Positions 48,815 to 62,343 of a stretch of DNA of 64,000 bases are shown here, piece by piece (the stretch's first letter is position 1; each line of letters opens with the position of its first letter). The notes below the pieces were generated by a model, which saw only the letters and a program-made list of their open reading frames with translations, searched no databases and had not been told where the DNA came from. Both the position numbers and the translations under genes were made by a program. The DNA comes from Phoronis australis (Eukaryota; Animalia; Phoronida). Where the stretch lies: assembly GCA_002633005.1 (NCBI GenBank), contig NMRA01000261.1, positions 434,001 through 498,000 of the forward strand, read 5' to 3'.

Positions 48815-50690
48815 ATCAGTCATCAGTGCTTGAAATATCATGCACGAAAGCAACCATACTTAGGACATCATACAGAGAAACTGGGTCATCAATGTGTGGT
48901 CACACGAAAACAATCGCTCTCGAGTATAATGCAAAAAAATCCTTCATTAATGAGAGGTCATATAAGCGAAGACAGTCATGCTTGAAATATCACACGCGAA
49001 AGTAACTATACTTGAGATATCACACAGATGAATTCGGTCATCAATGGAATGTCATAGGCACTGCAAGGGAATCTATAGTCATTAATCTATAAAAGTCGTA
49101 CACGATAAAGCAATTATTTGAGATATCATGCAAAGAAAGTAGGTCATCAATGTGATATCAAGGGAACTCTCTCTCTTTAATACCTGAAATATCATACGCG
49201 AAAGCATTCACACTTGAGACATCATATAAAAACAGTCATCAAGTGAGCACGGTGATCGATGGGGAATTACACAAAAACAGTCATCGATAGGGTATCACAC
49301 AAGTGAACTCAGTTATCATACCGTGAATAATACGCTTACAAGGAAGTCACGCATTTCTAAAGCGGGGAATTTTCACCGCTCCTCCTTCTGAGCGGCTTGT
49401 ACCAGGATCAAAGAGAGCGCGGCGCCGGAATCAGGTACAATTGTGATGACCGCATTGCCCGATGCGAGCAAGACCCAATTAAATGTAATTATCCGACCAT
49501 AAACTGTATTAGACATCTCTGACTACATAATGGCGATTTTCAAAAATGCATTAACCACTAATTTTCGTTACAAACGAACACCACGGCAGTATGCAGCTGG
49601 AAAAAACAACCAAGTACGGTTTTCGATTTTTAAAACTCGATGAACTAATAATCTAAAAACTACAACCATTGGGTGCGATTGAAGATAAACTACTCGGTGG
49701 ATATACAAACGCTGATCAGAGTTGTCAACATCACATGGATTCATTTTTTAATATTCTTTCAATCTCGTTTAACCAGATTTTTGACCAGGAAACAGTTGTA
49801 CTTAACTTATGCCCACTTTTCATTTTTATTATTGACAAATAGCTAGGATAGTTATATAGTCAGTGTCACCGAAATTGTCCAGAGATTCCAAATCTTCAGT
49901 TTGGTTATCACCATATTTGCACTTTTGTATATATTTTATGATTTGAGTTCTAATAAAGATTAAACTTTAATGACACGTGAAATGTTTAGTGTACCTGTAA
50001 TGTGGTAAGTTTAGGGATGGGCTCACAATGAACGTAACTAAGTAAGTTTAGCTGGCGATCAAAATCTACCATTGTTTTGGTACTTCAAGTTTAATACTTA
50101 GAAAAAAGTTATCAGCCCGTTCCCAGTAAGAAAAAAAAAACAAGTGGGCAGAAGCATTAAAAATTAAATAAAGAAAACCAATATGAAACTTATCGTTGCT
50201 GTGGGAAGTGGCCCTTTGTGAAGACAAACACAAACACAAGTTAATCTTTTTAGTCATTTTGCAATATTTATAATGTACCAAGTTAAAACTACTCTCCAGA
50301 GTTGCAGGCTATAACTCTGCAAATGTCAGAGAAAACCAAATTGGGGGTACTAACAACAACCATTGTTGAGACAGTAATGCTAGCAATTACATTTCCACTT
50401 CATTAGCTCAGATCTACATCAATACAAAGGGCGTGCTGAATAGGCATCGTAAAAGTTGTCTGGGGCTTAGGGAATCAGAGCGGTTACCAGTGTAAGCGAG
50501 AAATTCTCCACATGATCGATGGAGTATCACACAAACACAGTCATCGACGGAATATCACACAAGAGAACTCAGTCATCGATGGCAAGCCCTCGATATATTA
50601 TGCAGAGAACCTCAGTTGTCATGGAGATATCATACAAGGGAATTAGATCTCACGCAAACTAACCCAGTCATCTTTGTTCGAAATGTCATT
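48815..50690. repeat. Old degenerate satellite (CAGTCATCAATG / GATATCACAC motifs) split by the 49319-50514 element
   Basis: The same motifs occur at 48815-49318 and 50515-50690. Confidence 0.6.
49319..50514. mobile_element. Unclassified ~1.2-kb non-autonomous element (copy 2, uninterrupted)
   Basis: High identity with 28199-28708 plus 31144-31833. Confidence 0.85.
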
Positions 50691-52336
50691 CAAGATACCC
50701 CAGGCCTCAATGGCCATCCCACCTAAGTTCTTACAGTTTTAAAGCGGAAAAAACTGCTCTCGTGAAGCCTGATGACCTGTGATTATGTGTTGAGGAGCGT
50801 TCAAATTATTGTCGTTTTCACGAGTGTACAAAACACGCTTGAGGCTTGCTGCTAGTGAACGCCACAAAACAACGATACAAAAAGACAAAATTAAAGTTTT
50901 AATTATTTTTTGTCGAAGAGTGTCTGTAGTTTTAGACACAGTAAAAGATGCAATGATGAAGTAGGCGTGGAGAATTATGTGAAAATTAACATTATTGAAG
51001 CTTTTAGGCTTAAAAGCGGCTATTAACCTGCGTTCTGTCAAAGAAATTAACGTTTGATTTAGGCCAGTTTAGCCGTAATTCAGAGAAGTGGTTTGTGGGC
51101 TTTAACTGACAGTTGATTGCTGCTTGAGACTATATTCGGCGCATAAAATGACCGGCTGTGATAAGTCAACATTTAGAGTCTGGTCTGAAGCCAAACAGAA
51201 GTGTCGGACCTGTCCAAGCTCAGACATTAGTGTTAATTCTACCAAAGAACAATTTGAGGCCCAATTTACGACGGTAAGTGGCCAAAGTCAGAAATTATTT
51301 TTGTGGTGGAAATTAGATTTAAAGTCGCTTTAACGTGTTCATAAATAATCTATGACGTACAAAATTTGATTTTCTGTTCATTTTAGAGCAAATAGGGGAA
51401 GGCCAGGAAAGTGTGGGTTCGTGAAAATTGCGACAATTGTTAGGTGGACAAGGAATGGCCGCTTTGTAGGTCTACTGCTAATTACATCTATATAGTCATA
51501 AAGAACACATTATCGCCTCCTTGCGTGATTGTCAACTCTCATCCACTTGAAAGCCTGACAGCTGAAAATCTTTGGCTGAAGTTTTTCAGAATTGTTCTTC
51601 AATTGGTGAAATTTCACTACCCGTCTACATTAATTTACTAAACACTGTGTCACGTGACTGTATTGTCGACACGGCAGGCTTCCTCTTCCGTGTGATCAAC
51701 ACAGCCGAGATGCTACAGCCGAGAACGTGTTCCCACGTGTGTCGACCACGGCGTACTATTGTTCACCTAACAGACGTGTTTCCGCACTCTGTGTGTATAC
51801 GTCACCTTGTAATAGACAGCAAGCATCAGCTGCGTGGTTGTATGGCAGCACGATCCTCAGTAAAAAGTTACGTCAAGAGATTGTATCCATGCGCTCAGTT
51901 CAACCGTGCAACCTGTTAGCACACTAACGAACCGTAAATCCCAAGTCGTAAATGATTCGATATTTTTCAATTTAACGGCTTTTCTCAATGTAATTGTGTC
52001 GCATCCATTAGTTTTTCGTTGCTATTTGAAACTGGAAAATGTCGCGTCTACTTTAGGTAATAGGATTTGCCAGTGACAACGGCAGAATTTAAACCAGTTC
52101 GGCGTGTGAGAGAAGAGCGGTGATAGTTTCGTCTCCAGAGCCGATGTCTCCAGCCTGGTTATATACTCACTAGCCTGAGCGTGTCAATGCACGTTTAGCT
52201 TTATCAACGCAGTGTGTTTTCTCCGAAATGGGAAATTCTTTCAAGCTCAAAGTAGCTCGGAATCACTCTGTGCACATTCCAGACACGTAAAAATGTTGTG
52301 GGGGAGAACTGCTTAATCGATACGATCGAGGATATT

Positions 52337-52740
52337 CCTGGGTACTCCTCAGAAAGTTGACTTTTTCGCGACCAGTTTCCCTACTAAAAGGTGCCTTTTC
52401 GAACACAATTCTTAACAAAAGTGTTGACTTTAAGAGGTCCTTGTTTCCAGTTACAAAAAAACTATACAGAAGAACTTTGAAAATTATTCTAAATTTCCGT
52501 TTCGAAGGATGCACTCAATTTTAACATTATGGCACTTCGTCTGGTACTTTTCAGGCTTAACGGGTAACAATTTGGCTGTATAGAATGACCCTTACAAAAG
52601 GATGTCTTTTGTGGAATGGTGAGTTTTTCGATGACGCTTCTTACAACTGGCTCCCTTTTTTAGACTCCGCACTCTCTCTAAATGAGTGAGTATCCTAATT
52701 TTCGGCTGCACCCTCCGTCAAAAATCGAGTATCCCCCGGG
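52337..52740. mobile_element. Possible degenerate MITE with CCCGGGG-type termini
   Basis: CCTGGGTACTC ... GAGTATCCCCCGGG short imperfect IR. Confidence 0.3.
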
Positions 52741-53639
52741 GAAATCTGCCTACTGAGGGGAAAACTGTCGTGTAGACTTTTATCATTTGAACTTGTGCGA
52801 GAGTTCTGAGAATTCTTCAACCGACGAGCAGTTGGTGAAATATTAGATAAAAACAGGTAGATTAATTTGTGAATGGTAATAAATCTAATTGGACCGATGG
52901 TTGATTTCCTGACTAGGTTCATAAATGACAGTTACAGATACTGAAGGCATTAACCCTAGTGGTTTTAGGAATCAAGGCCTACGTTTGTTGGTCTTCCTAA
53001 TTACTGGACGACTGTCATAAATTTGTGTAACACTCGCGTTGATTAATAATATAAATGAAACACCACTTGACGCTACGACATCAGAAATTTTAGTATGTTT
53101 TCTTACTAGTCGATGACCCTGTGACTCTTAAGAACAGGCATGGAGGAACGCTTGGTGGTTTTAATTACCTTTTATAAAACAGTACGAACCGTTGGTTAGG
53201 TTAAGAGACGTCAAGACTAAGTCGTGGCTGACTACCCTAATGGGCATGTTTTCCAGTCAGGTGTGACTACAACAGGACTGTTCACATCGGTTGACTTCAC
53301 ATCCAACAAGAACACCAACAATACAACACACATGTATTTAATATATATTTTTAATTACACCACATTGACAGCTTCATTCTTTGTCGCTATTTAACTCTAT
53401 CGTAGTTTGATACAAGCTCGTCTCTTGCGAGTACGATTTTCCTGGAAACAGACGCAAAAATGGCCATTATTCAAGTTAACACTGAAATAAAATAACTCAG
53501 GTGGATAAACAAAGTTACACGTACGTCCCCAGTGGAACACACACGTAGGCGATAAAACGTCTTTTATTATGATATGCGGATAAGAAAAAAAGTGCAATAC
53601 AAATACAGAAAACATTTAGGAAAAGAATACCAATATAAT

Positions 53640-53873
53640 GCATTTGGAAGATGGGTTATCCATGAGAAGTGCTACAGGAGCTATGGTAAAAATCCCAGTT
53701 AAATTTTGGTCTTTTATTGTAGCCGAGGTTATCGAAACTTGTTAGTATGCACAGTTAATTTGATAGTCTGTATTATGTCAACCACTTTGTTAATTATGCG
53801 CTTGGATTTGCTACTTATACTTGTATATGGGCCGGAGGCCTAAGTACTGAAATAAATTAAGAATTGAGAATTA
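53640..53873 (+). mobile_element. Possible L2/Crack-type LINE 3' tail
   Basis: Hairpin GGCC-GGA-GGCC, AATAAA, then GAATT-type short repeats. Confidence 0.35.
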
Positions 53874-56541
53874 AATGTTGTCTGGAGTAACTATCCCGGT
53901 ATAAAAACAACATGGTGGATGTGGTCAATGAAATTAGCTCCACTCCATAATGGGTCTTGACGATATCCTAGCGTGGGTGTGGCCTACAGCGAGAAGCCTG
54001 GTAAATCTACTGAGGAACAACTGTATTTGTTACAACCCACTTTACACAGCGGCTGTAAATCAACATTCCGTCCAACAAGTGAACGTTTGATTTGGACCAC
54101 TTGAATGTATCAAACTCAGGCATCAACTTGTTCCTCACTCGGACGAAACGTGATTTGTCGGGGTTTGCTGCTAACTGACAGTTCGCTATTACTTAAAACC
54201 ACGCCCTACTTCATCGCGTAGTAACAAATTGTAAGTCCTTTCAAAGCCCTGAAATAACCTCCATTTTGACTAAGGAGCAATTTGAGGCGAATCAAAAGAG
54301 TTGCTTTTTATGATGGAACGTGACTTAATGGACGCTTTATGAAGATCGGGAAGAGGCCATGTCATTTTGCTAACTAAACCTAGCTACTTAACGAAGCAAT
54401 TGGTTCGCCTATTTTTAACGTGTAAGAGAGAATGTCTTTTAATTATTATTCGACGTACATATCTCCGTAATGCACTTATCTAGCTACTACACAGTACACC
54501 GTTCACTCTTTCATGAGTGGCCAACAGGTTTTCATTCAGGTCAAATGCCGTCTCGTTGATTGGTTGAAACTGAACAACCAGAACCGTTGAGAGTGGTCAC
54601 ATGGTATGTCGTCAGATCTCTATGAAAACAGGTGTCTTACCTATAAAAAGGTAAGCAAGTAAGAATACGAATTATTAGTAAGATTTGAAAATCACTACTG
54701 CAGCACTGGGATTTATATGAGACAACATTGAGATGGATACATATGTCCATACGAGTCGTTAGTAATTGATGTTCAACCCATGAGTTCGTGTTTCTTACTT
54801 TGGAACAAGTTTTCAAGTTGCCGATTTCATAAAATGTAAGTACGCTTTCGGAATACTACATTTTCATTATTGATATTACTCTTAACGTTAGTTGTTTCTA
54901 ATTGTTTACAACTCAAATGTTATGCGGAGACTGGTTATACTCGTTTTTATCGAACTACATAGAAGTGTGTTACAAGTGCATACATTAATATACATACCTT
55001 TTTACCTCTATTATTGTTTGTGTGACAAAACGTCCAAACACAATGTAAAGGAGTTCTCATTTCGAAAACTATGAAAATATTCTGCTTGCATATCGTGAAA
55101 TATTGTTATGGAATGTTGTTCGTGTTATAGACATTGTAATGTAAAATAATGTTTAGAATTGATCTTTTATGCAGCAATAATTGAATTGTTCAAACTAATC
55201 GTGCGACACCTTTTGTCAAAAAATATTCCAAACAAAGCGTAAACTTACTTATAGCATTTTTCCATCAAATGGTATTTTTACAGCAAAGTTATAAACCACC
55301 GAACTAGAGAGCTCAAACTCATCTATGTTATCAGTTTCTCTGTTCTGGATGGACTCAGAAGAGAGTAAAGATACCTAGGTACTATTGCGATATGAACGAA
55401 GCGTAGGTCTTGTAAGAATTTAGATCTGTTCTTTAGTTATCACTTAGTTGTCTTTCAAAATATCGGCATGTGACGAATTGTAAATTAAAATTAATTTAAT
55501 TCTGTAAAAGCATGACCGTCACACGTTTCTTCTATTTCCGTGTGGTCAACACGTCCACTTAAGTACTTGACTTCAATATAATTTTCAAATATTGATAAAA
55601 TCGCTTAGGGAATTCTAATGAATTCTCTTTATTTAAATGTCTCGTGCCATTTAATTGTACATAGAAAATCCATTTTAGCATGGTTTAATAAGCATTATGA
55701 ATAAATGCACTGCTAATGTACATGGTTAGGTCCAAGTATTCAGACAACAATAATGTCTGAATATAGCCAACAAAGCGCTACAGATTTTTAAGCACCTAAT
55801 CCATCTCATCTATCTAGCTACTTACTGAAAAGTTTCAAACATCATTTATGAGAATTTGCGTTTCCTGTGCAAAAACTTTGAGCATGGTTCTACATTTGTA
55901 AAAGATTGATGAAATCAAAGTGAAACTTGGTTAAGAAATAATTTGATTAGCATTGCAAACTGGAGAGGGTCATCGAAATCTAAGGAAATGGCACATTTAA
56001 CCAATTTGTTGCATATTGATTGACGAAAGAATTAAACACCCCCCGAACTTCGGTGACTTCCAGTCGTAGAAAATAATACATTATTTGAAACACGCTCATA
56101 TCTTTGACGCGCAATTTCAATTCAATAATAGCAGAGTTGGAATCATGAAATTCAGACAAAAAACCTAGCTGCGTCCATTTTACAAATGAAGCACCTGTGC
56201 CTATAACGAGCTCGAGTTTGTGTGCAGCGTTGTATAATAATATGCAACGCTACATATGCAAGCTATTCAAAAATGAATGTTTAATGCGCACCTGAAAACA
56301 ACACAAGTAACACGACTACTTTGTTCATGAGCACATGCGGAGAGGGCACTAGGTCCACTTACTGAATAATTCATTTCCGTCGCAAATAGATCAAAGGCTT
56401 GTGCTAGACTCAGTTGCAGCTAAGTATCATGTATCCTCGGCCCTACGTGGCAATACGTAGAGGTATCCAAAGGTGTACGTAAGATGGACTCCGAAAGTTT
56501 AATATGTTTAAATTTCTCGTGTTGTGTAGGCGAAGAGCGCA

Positions 56542-56816
56542 GGGCCGTGTTTTATGAAAAATGACTTAATATTTAAGTCGAAAATTTGGTCCTAAGCTGT
56601 TTCTGAAAGATACTTATATCGCACTTGAGCAAAAGTGCAAAGTCCCTGAAACCGCCAGTTAATGAGAAAACTTTTCGATTAGTTATTTCTGGAGGCTGTG
56701 ATGCACTCATACGTGTAGATTACGTGGATAAACCTTTTATTCAGCACTTGTAAAGTGTGAGCGTAATATCAAATTTCTTTAGTAAATCTTAAGTCACGTT
56801 TTATGGAACAGACTAC
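56542..56816. mobile_element. Degenerate PIF/Harbinger-like MITE
   Basis: Imperfect TIR GGGCCGTGTTTTATGAAAAATGACTTAA / TTAAGTCACGTTTTATGGAACAGACT. Confidence 0.4.
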
Positions 56817-57349
56817 TAGACGCAAATAGTGTGTAATTTTACACAAAAATACGCCACACCACGCTATTGTACATGTACGCGATGCCTACTCAATATTGCG
56901 TTACCCTACATCAGTCTGGTAAAAACACCATCCCATGCGTGGCCTACACACAGGGAAGTAAGCCCATCCTGTGCGCAAGAGCACTGTTTTCATGCAGCTA
57001 AGTTTCACCCTACAAAACTCCAGGCAGGCCTTGAGCAGACACCAGGTGGCGAGACCGTCTCGTCCACGAGTAAACTCATTTAGAACTGCCAAACAATATG
57101 TCACTCAGAGTATGTCTCTCAGAGTTGAAATATCACCTAGAAAATCTATCAAAAACTTGGAAAGTTTATAAGACGAAATCAACAACGCTATTGGACATAT
57201 ACGTGGAATCTCGTCTATATCTTATCTTTCACAGGTTTCATGAACCACCAAGATATGTGATAGGCCGTTAATTCTCGTAAAATCGATCTCATAATCTATT
57301 CATTCGAACTGTATCACACTTTGCGCCATGTTCTCACGTGATACGATCT

Positions 57350-57560
57350 GGTACAGTACCGTTCCAAGTGGTGGACAAGGCGAGCCTGCCACCACCGTGT
57401 CTGTAAAGTGATGTATTAAAAACCTTTAATGAAGATGGCCTCCTTAACGGCTCTTTCAAACAGTTCCTGTCCCTACTCAAAATTTCAACACCGTCATTAT
57501 CGAACTCCTGCGCATTAGCATGCAAGTATCTATGCACCGCCGACGAAACACCTTCTCCCG
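57350..57560 (-). pseudogene. Penelope-like element GIY-YIG endonuclease C-terminal relic
   Basis: SAVHRYLH...F....VEILSRDRN, frameshift, FERAVKEAIFIK, frameshift, FNTSLYRHGGGRLALSTTWN matches the PLE consensus SAV..H...IL..E..WFERGVKEAI.I....PSLNR.GG...L...W. Confidence 0.75.
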
Positions 57561-58576
57561 CGTTTGATCCCATAAAATTCTTACCGTGATTGATTTCTAT
57601 TTCGGCGTTACTTACTCAAGTGGTAGGCGATGCATGTAAGCGCCATTTTCGAATCTGCAATTTTAGGGTTCGCCAGCTGCAATGAATTTGAAATGGTTTG
57701 TTCAGTCGCTGATTATTTCGATGTTCTTTTTGGTAACCGCACTTAGAAAGCTATCGCGGTAATATCAGGGTGTTCCACCGAAACAGGAAGCCCGGTGTAA
57801 AACAGTTATCCCGGAGTCGGAAACAGGCTCCCGCACCTTCAAAACAGCTAACCAGCTCGAAAAATACGAACCCTGACCTTTAAAACAGGAACCCCCGGAA
57901 ATCGGACAGGAAACACGGAAATTTTTTTGAGATTGTTATCAATAGCCTCAAATTTTGAGTACTTTCCGCATTTTGTTTGTAAAAAAATTGTCAATAATAA
58001 AACGTAACTTATATCATATTGACTTTGTTCTTTGATTTTCATCGGTAAAACTCGTGCAAGTTGTCTGTGGGCGAATTTCAACATAATCTATACTCTCAAC
58101 ATGTTGTTATCACGGTGAATATTTGGTGATTTCAGATTATTCAATAGTTTCCCAAAAATTTAAAGAAATGAAAAACAAAATATTATTCAAATTATTTCAA
58201 CTTTCGAGTGCCATCGTTAATTTGTTGTGACGTGTACGCAACCTCGTGGAAGAAGAACAGTTAATTAAAGAATTGGGGAAAAAGAAACTGGTGACGCAAT
58301 ATTTCATGGCGTTGTAGGCTGACGCAAAAGATCGCTTCACAACTTCAGCAGCAGAATAATGTAGAACGCCAATTTTGCCTAAAATTCTCATATATTAAAA
58401 CAACATATCACAACAATTATTTAAAGTAATGTAATCTTCTCGCCCACTGCCAGTGGAGGTTAAATTGACATCTCCAGCGCAAAATCGGCCCTGGAACTCG
58501 CGTCACAGCAAACGCTCTGCATACTGAGTTAAATCTCACTTAGTAGATGTCAAAGACTAAAGCATATTGAACTGTT

Positions 58577-58581
58577 ATGTA

Positions 58582-58646
<65 letters not shown>

Positions 58647-58655
58647 CTATGTATC

Positions 58656-58688
<33 letters not shown>

Positions 58689-58868
58689 GTGAATGTATGT
58701 ATGTGTGTATGTATGTATGTATGTATGTATGTATATAGGTGTGTGTGTGCGCGTGTGTGTGTGTGTGTGTGTGTATGCATGTATGTATGTATGTATGTGT
58801 GTATGTATGCATGTATCTATGTATCTATGTAACTATGTATGTATATATTTATGTACATGTATGTATGT
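58577..58868. repeat. Compound (TG)n/(TATG)n microsatellite
   Basis: Directly visible; source of three spurious ORFs. Confidence 0.97.
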
Positions 58869-60496
58869 TTGCCGGCTGATGTGAGTGATCTCCTTCTTTC
58901 TTCTCGCTACAAAGGTCTAGTAGCGAGATCGCCACCAGTTTTGAGGTAACACAAATCGATAGCAAAATGCTACCAAAAGTGACACCTGTAACCCTCCACG
59001 TTACTAGAGGTTTTGCTACCAGCAAAAGTGCTTGCGAAATCACTAGCCTGTTAGAGAACGAGGTGAAGACAGGGAGCAGGTGAACCCGGGAAATTACAAG
59101 AACGGCAACAGTCTCCTGCTGACGTCAGCGGATGACGCCTGGGCACCATGTTACAAAAACTGCTGAAGAGTCTAGGAATTGAAAACTATGAAAATAAGAA
59201 ACCAGTATACCATCGAAAACTGAGTGCCAGTTATACTCCATATCTACCCTGCAGCTAATAATTTCTTAGTCTAAACGTAGGTTAAGGTAACAACAATCTA
59301 CTTGTAAACTATTCAAATAACCTCATAGCTACATTCATTAGTATGGGACTCACGGCTAATTACCTTGGCATTAACAATAGGTATTTATAGTGGAGTCATT
59401 TTTTACGGTCTTGAATCAGTAGGCAGGTATTCACTTTAGATCATTAGGACATCATAAATAAATGGAAAAATCTTCCGGTCAGCTTTGTTAGGTTACTTTA
59501 CATAGAGTGACTAGCAGCCGTCAATTAGCGTGTCTTTGAACACTGTTGCATAAAATTATATTACCTATCAATTTTGATTAATTTTGTTTGCCTAAACCGG
59601 TTAGCTAATTATATCTCTGTCACAGTTATGCGGGTTAATCACGAGTGGATAGCGTCAATACGTAATTCAATCACCTTGTCATATACAGCTCTATTACACA
59701 AATGGCGAGGTATATTATGAACATTTTCTATCTAATTAATATAATTATACACCATCAGCGTGAGATAGCTAGTCACAACACACGTATCGTTCAAACATTG
59801 ATTAGTGACATTTTTTTAAATTCGTGGTTCAATTAAAATCTTCCTTCTTTTTGAATTTTAGCTGGATGAATTAAAATTCATTTTGAAAGATAAATTTAAA
59901 TGGATTTATTAATTTTTATAAACAGACAGAGAAATGAACAAATTAAAGTTCATGTAAGATGTCGAACACATTGAAACCAAGTGCTCTGTTTAAAATACAC
60001 GCCGATACCTCTCGGAGGCGTGCGTGCATGTAAGAAACTATAGCTAGCTGTGTAGACCGCTGACATAATTTCGCTCTACGCAATTATCGTATTTCGGAAA
60101 AAAAAAACTAAAATTACCTCAGCTGAGCAAAGTATAGGGTCCATGAAAATGCTTCCAGATGTGTCAGTTTTAGTTTATCAAATAATTTGTATAAATTATT
60201 CCTAAACTGTGTTGTTTACAAATAAATGCCATAATCTTTATTCAACATTTCTGGTTCTGTCTTAGTCACCTTCCAGGTCTAGCTTCCGCAGATATGAGAA
60301 AAGCAAGATCTTGCAAGTCCTCGCCATGCATCGCAATGTTTTACAAGCGAAGCACTAGCGTTCACTTGCGGTTGTTTTGGTTCGAAGGAGCCCAGGCCAC
60401 AAATGAAAAATGGCGTGACTGAACGCGCCCCAGCTGTCTTTTGCAACAAACACAAACGATTTAAATGATTGTTTTTCAGACGTTCTAACTTACAAG

Positions 60497-60659
60497 ATGG
60501 ATGTGCTGTGGCTGTTCAAAGACCCCCTCCGTCTCCTCCTCGTCCTGTTTCTACTACACTCCTGCTTGGCGGCTCCTTCATTTATCCTGCCAAACAATGA
60601 GCAAGGTCCAACTAGATCACTACTTTTACCAAACACAGAGCTCAGAAAATTTTTAGAAT
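60497..60659 (+). CDS. Putative first coding exon of a secreted protein or peptide precursor (MDVLWLFKDPLRLLLVLFLLHSCLA-APSFILPNNEQGPTRSLLLPNTELRKFLE)
   Basis: Acceptor gtttttcag| at 60479, Kozak-like caagATGG, hydrophobic core LLLVLFLL with a small-residue cleavage site (CLA/A), strong donor GAAT|gtaagt at 60660; the other two frames contain stops. Confidence 0.6.
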
Positions 60660-62343
60660 GTAAGTATTGATAGAGCCAATGTTTAGGAAACACTGTTCCA
60701 ATTTCCCACAACTTCTCATTATGCAAACATATTGGTTACCTCTTCGTTCTGCAAGCTAACGTTAAAATGAAAATTCAAAGCCATTGACACGATTTGTCCG
60801 TTGTCCTATTTTACCCTGTTGTGTTTCCAGGTTAAGTGCAGGCTGGTTGTGTGCAAACTTATTGATCCATTTCCGGGAAAAAGCCAGATGCAGGCTAAAC
60901 ACCTTTGACAAACGAATCGAAGAATTTTCTTGGCATGATAGCACTTGGTTTCTGGTATAGAAACTAACTGAAATCCAGATCACCTGCATTTCATATTTGA
61001 TATGAAAAAAATCTTGGAAGCGTTGGACAACCCTGTCCAATGGATAACATTTTGATGTTTACATGAACTTGCCGAATGCCCTGAATAGTCCGCCCGGGCT
61101 AGGGAATCATTCTTTATCATGGCATGGAGCAATTTTCGACGCCGGTAACTTGAAGCTCCCTGATTTATATTTTGCGATTTTGAAAATCTGCAAGACTAGA
61201 CGCCCAACAAATACCAAATACTCCACGTTTTATTAGTCATAAGGCTAAGGTAAACAATTGATGATAAATTTTACAACTACAGTGTACAAAAAGCTATTGA
61301 GTGTACATGTAAATACAGCCACGTGTGTGCTTGGTAGAGTGTTTTACTTAAAAGAGCAACATCCAATTTTTCTCTTTATTAAGAAGAGCAGTAGATACAA
61401 TAACAAATGTTCTATTATGAGATGTCCAACGTTCTATTCACACGCTATTCTTACAAGCCACGCGAAGCACGAGCATTTGTTCATAGGAAACCGGGTGGGA
61501 AACAGAAACGCTTGGTTCTAAATTTTATATAATCGCTATTTCTACAGTAGACGTATTTTTGCTTTAATACGGCCCGTTCATGAGAGTCTTTTCCTGACTT
61601 TATGTTGAAGTGAAAAAAGTAATAATTCCCCTTTTTTGAGTACTTGCGACTTCTTTCAAAATTTTGGAGAGATCCGAAAAAAGACTCGCATAAATTTTCA
61701 TAGAGAAAATTTTTTTAAAAAAGCTTTCATTAAATGAAATGAGAAGGCCTCTTTTTGGTTGACGCTGCCTGTATTTATAATACTTTGCTGAAGATAAAAT
61801 GGAGTTTGCTGATGAATGCCTCTTCGAAAAACTTTCAGTATATCAGATTCTAGCCATCATCACGCGTTATTATCTCTTTTAACAAACTGGTTCTTAATCG
61901 CAAAGATTCTTTGATTGAATCAATGTTGCCTTTTTGATTTTTGTTTGACGGTACACTTGTCAGTCGACCAGAATTTACATTCAGTTTATTGCCATCTTCA
62001 GCTGAAATACTCGCAAGTTCATCAACGAAGTGTCATTCAATAATTTCCACCTGTCTTTAATTTCATAATGAACTCACATTTGCTTTTAGTCAAGAAAACA
62101 GCGATATACACATAAAAACTGACATCATGGACATATATTATACATTATATATAAATGGCAAACAGATCAGGCGAAACATGAATTTTCTGTCGATTGATAA
62201 TTATATCTTGAAAGTAATCCATTAGGCAAAACCTACAGAGTATTTATAATGATTAATTTTTTAATCACAACAATGTTTGTTATGGGTGCGCGCTCAGTAT
62301 ATCACCACACAGCTTTATAGTACGGACCAGGAAGGGTCTTGCA

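Noticed and set aside
58540-58884. HT/VC-repeat ORFs
   Set aside because: Translations of the TG/TATG microsatellite.
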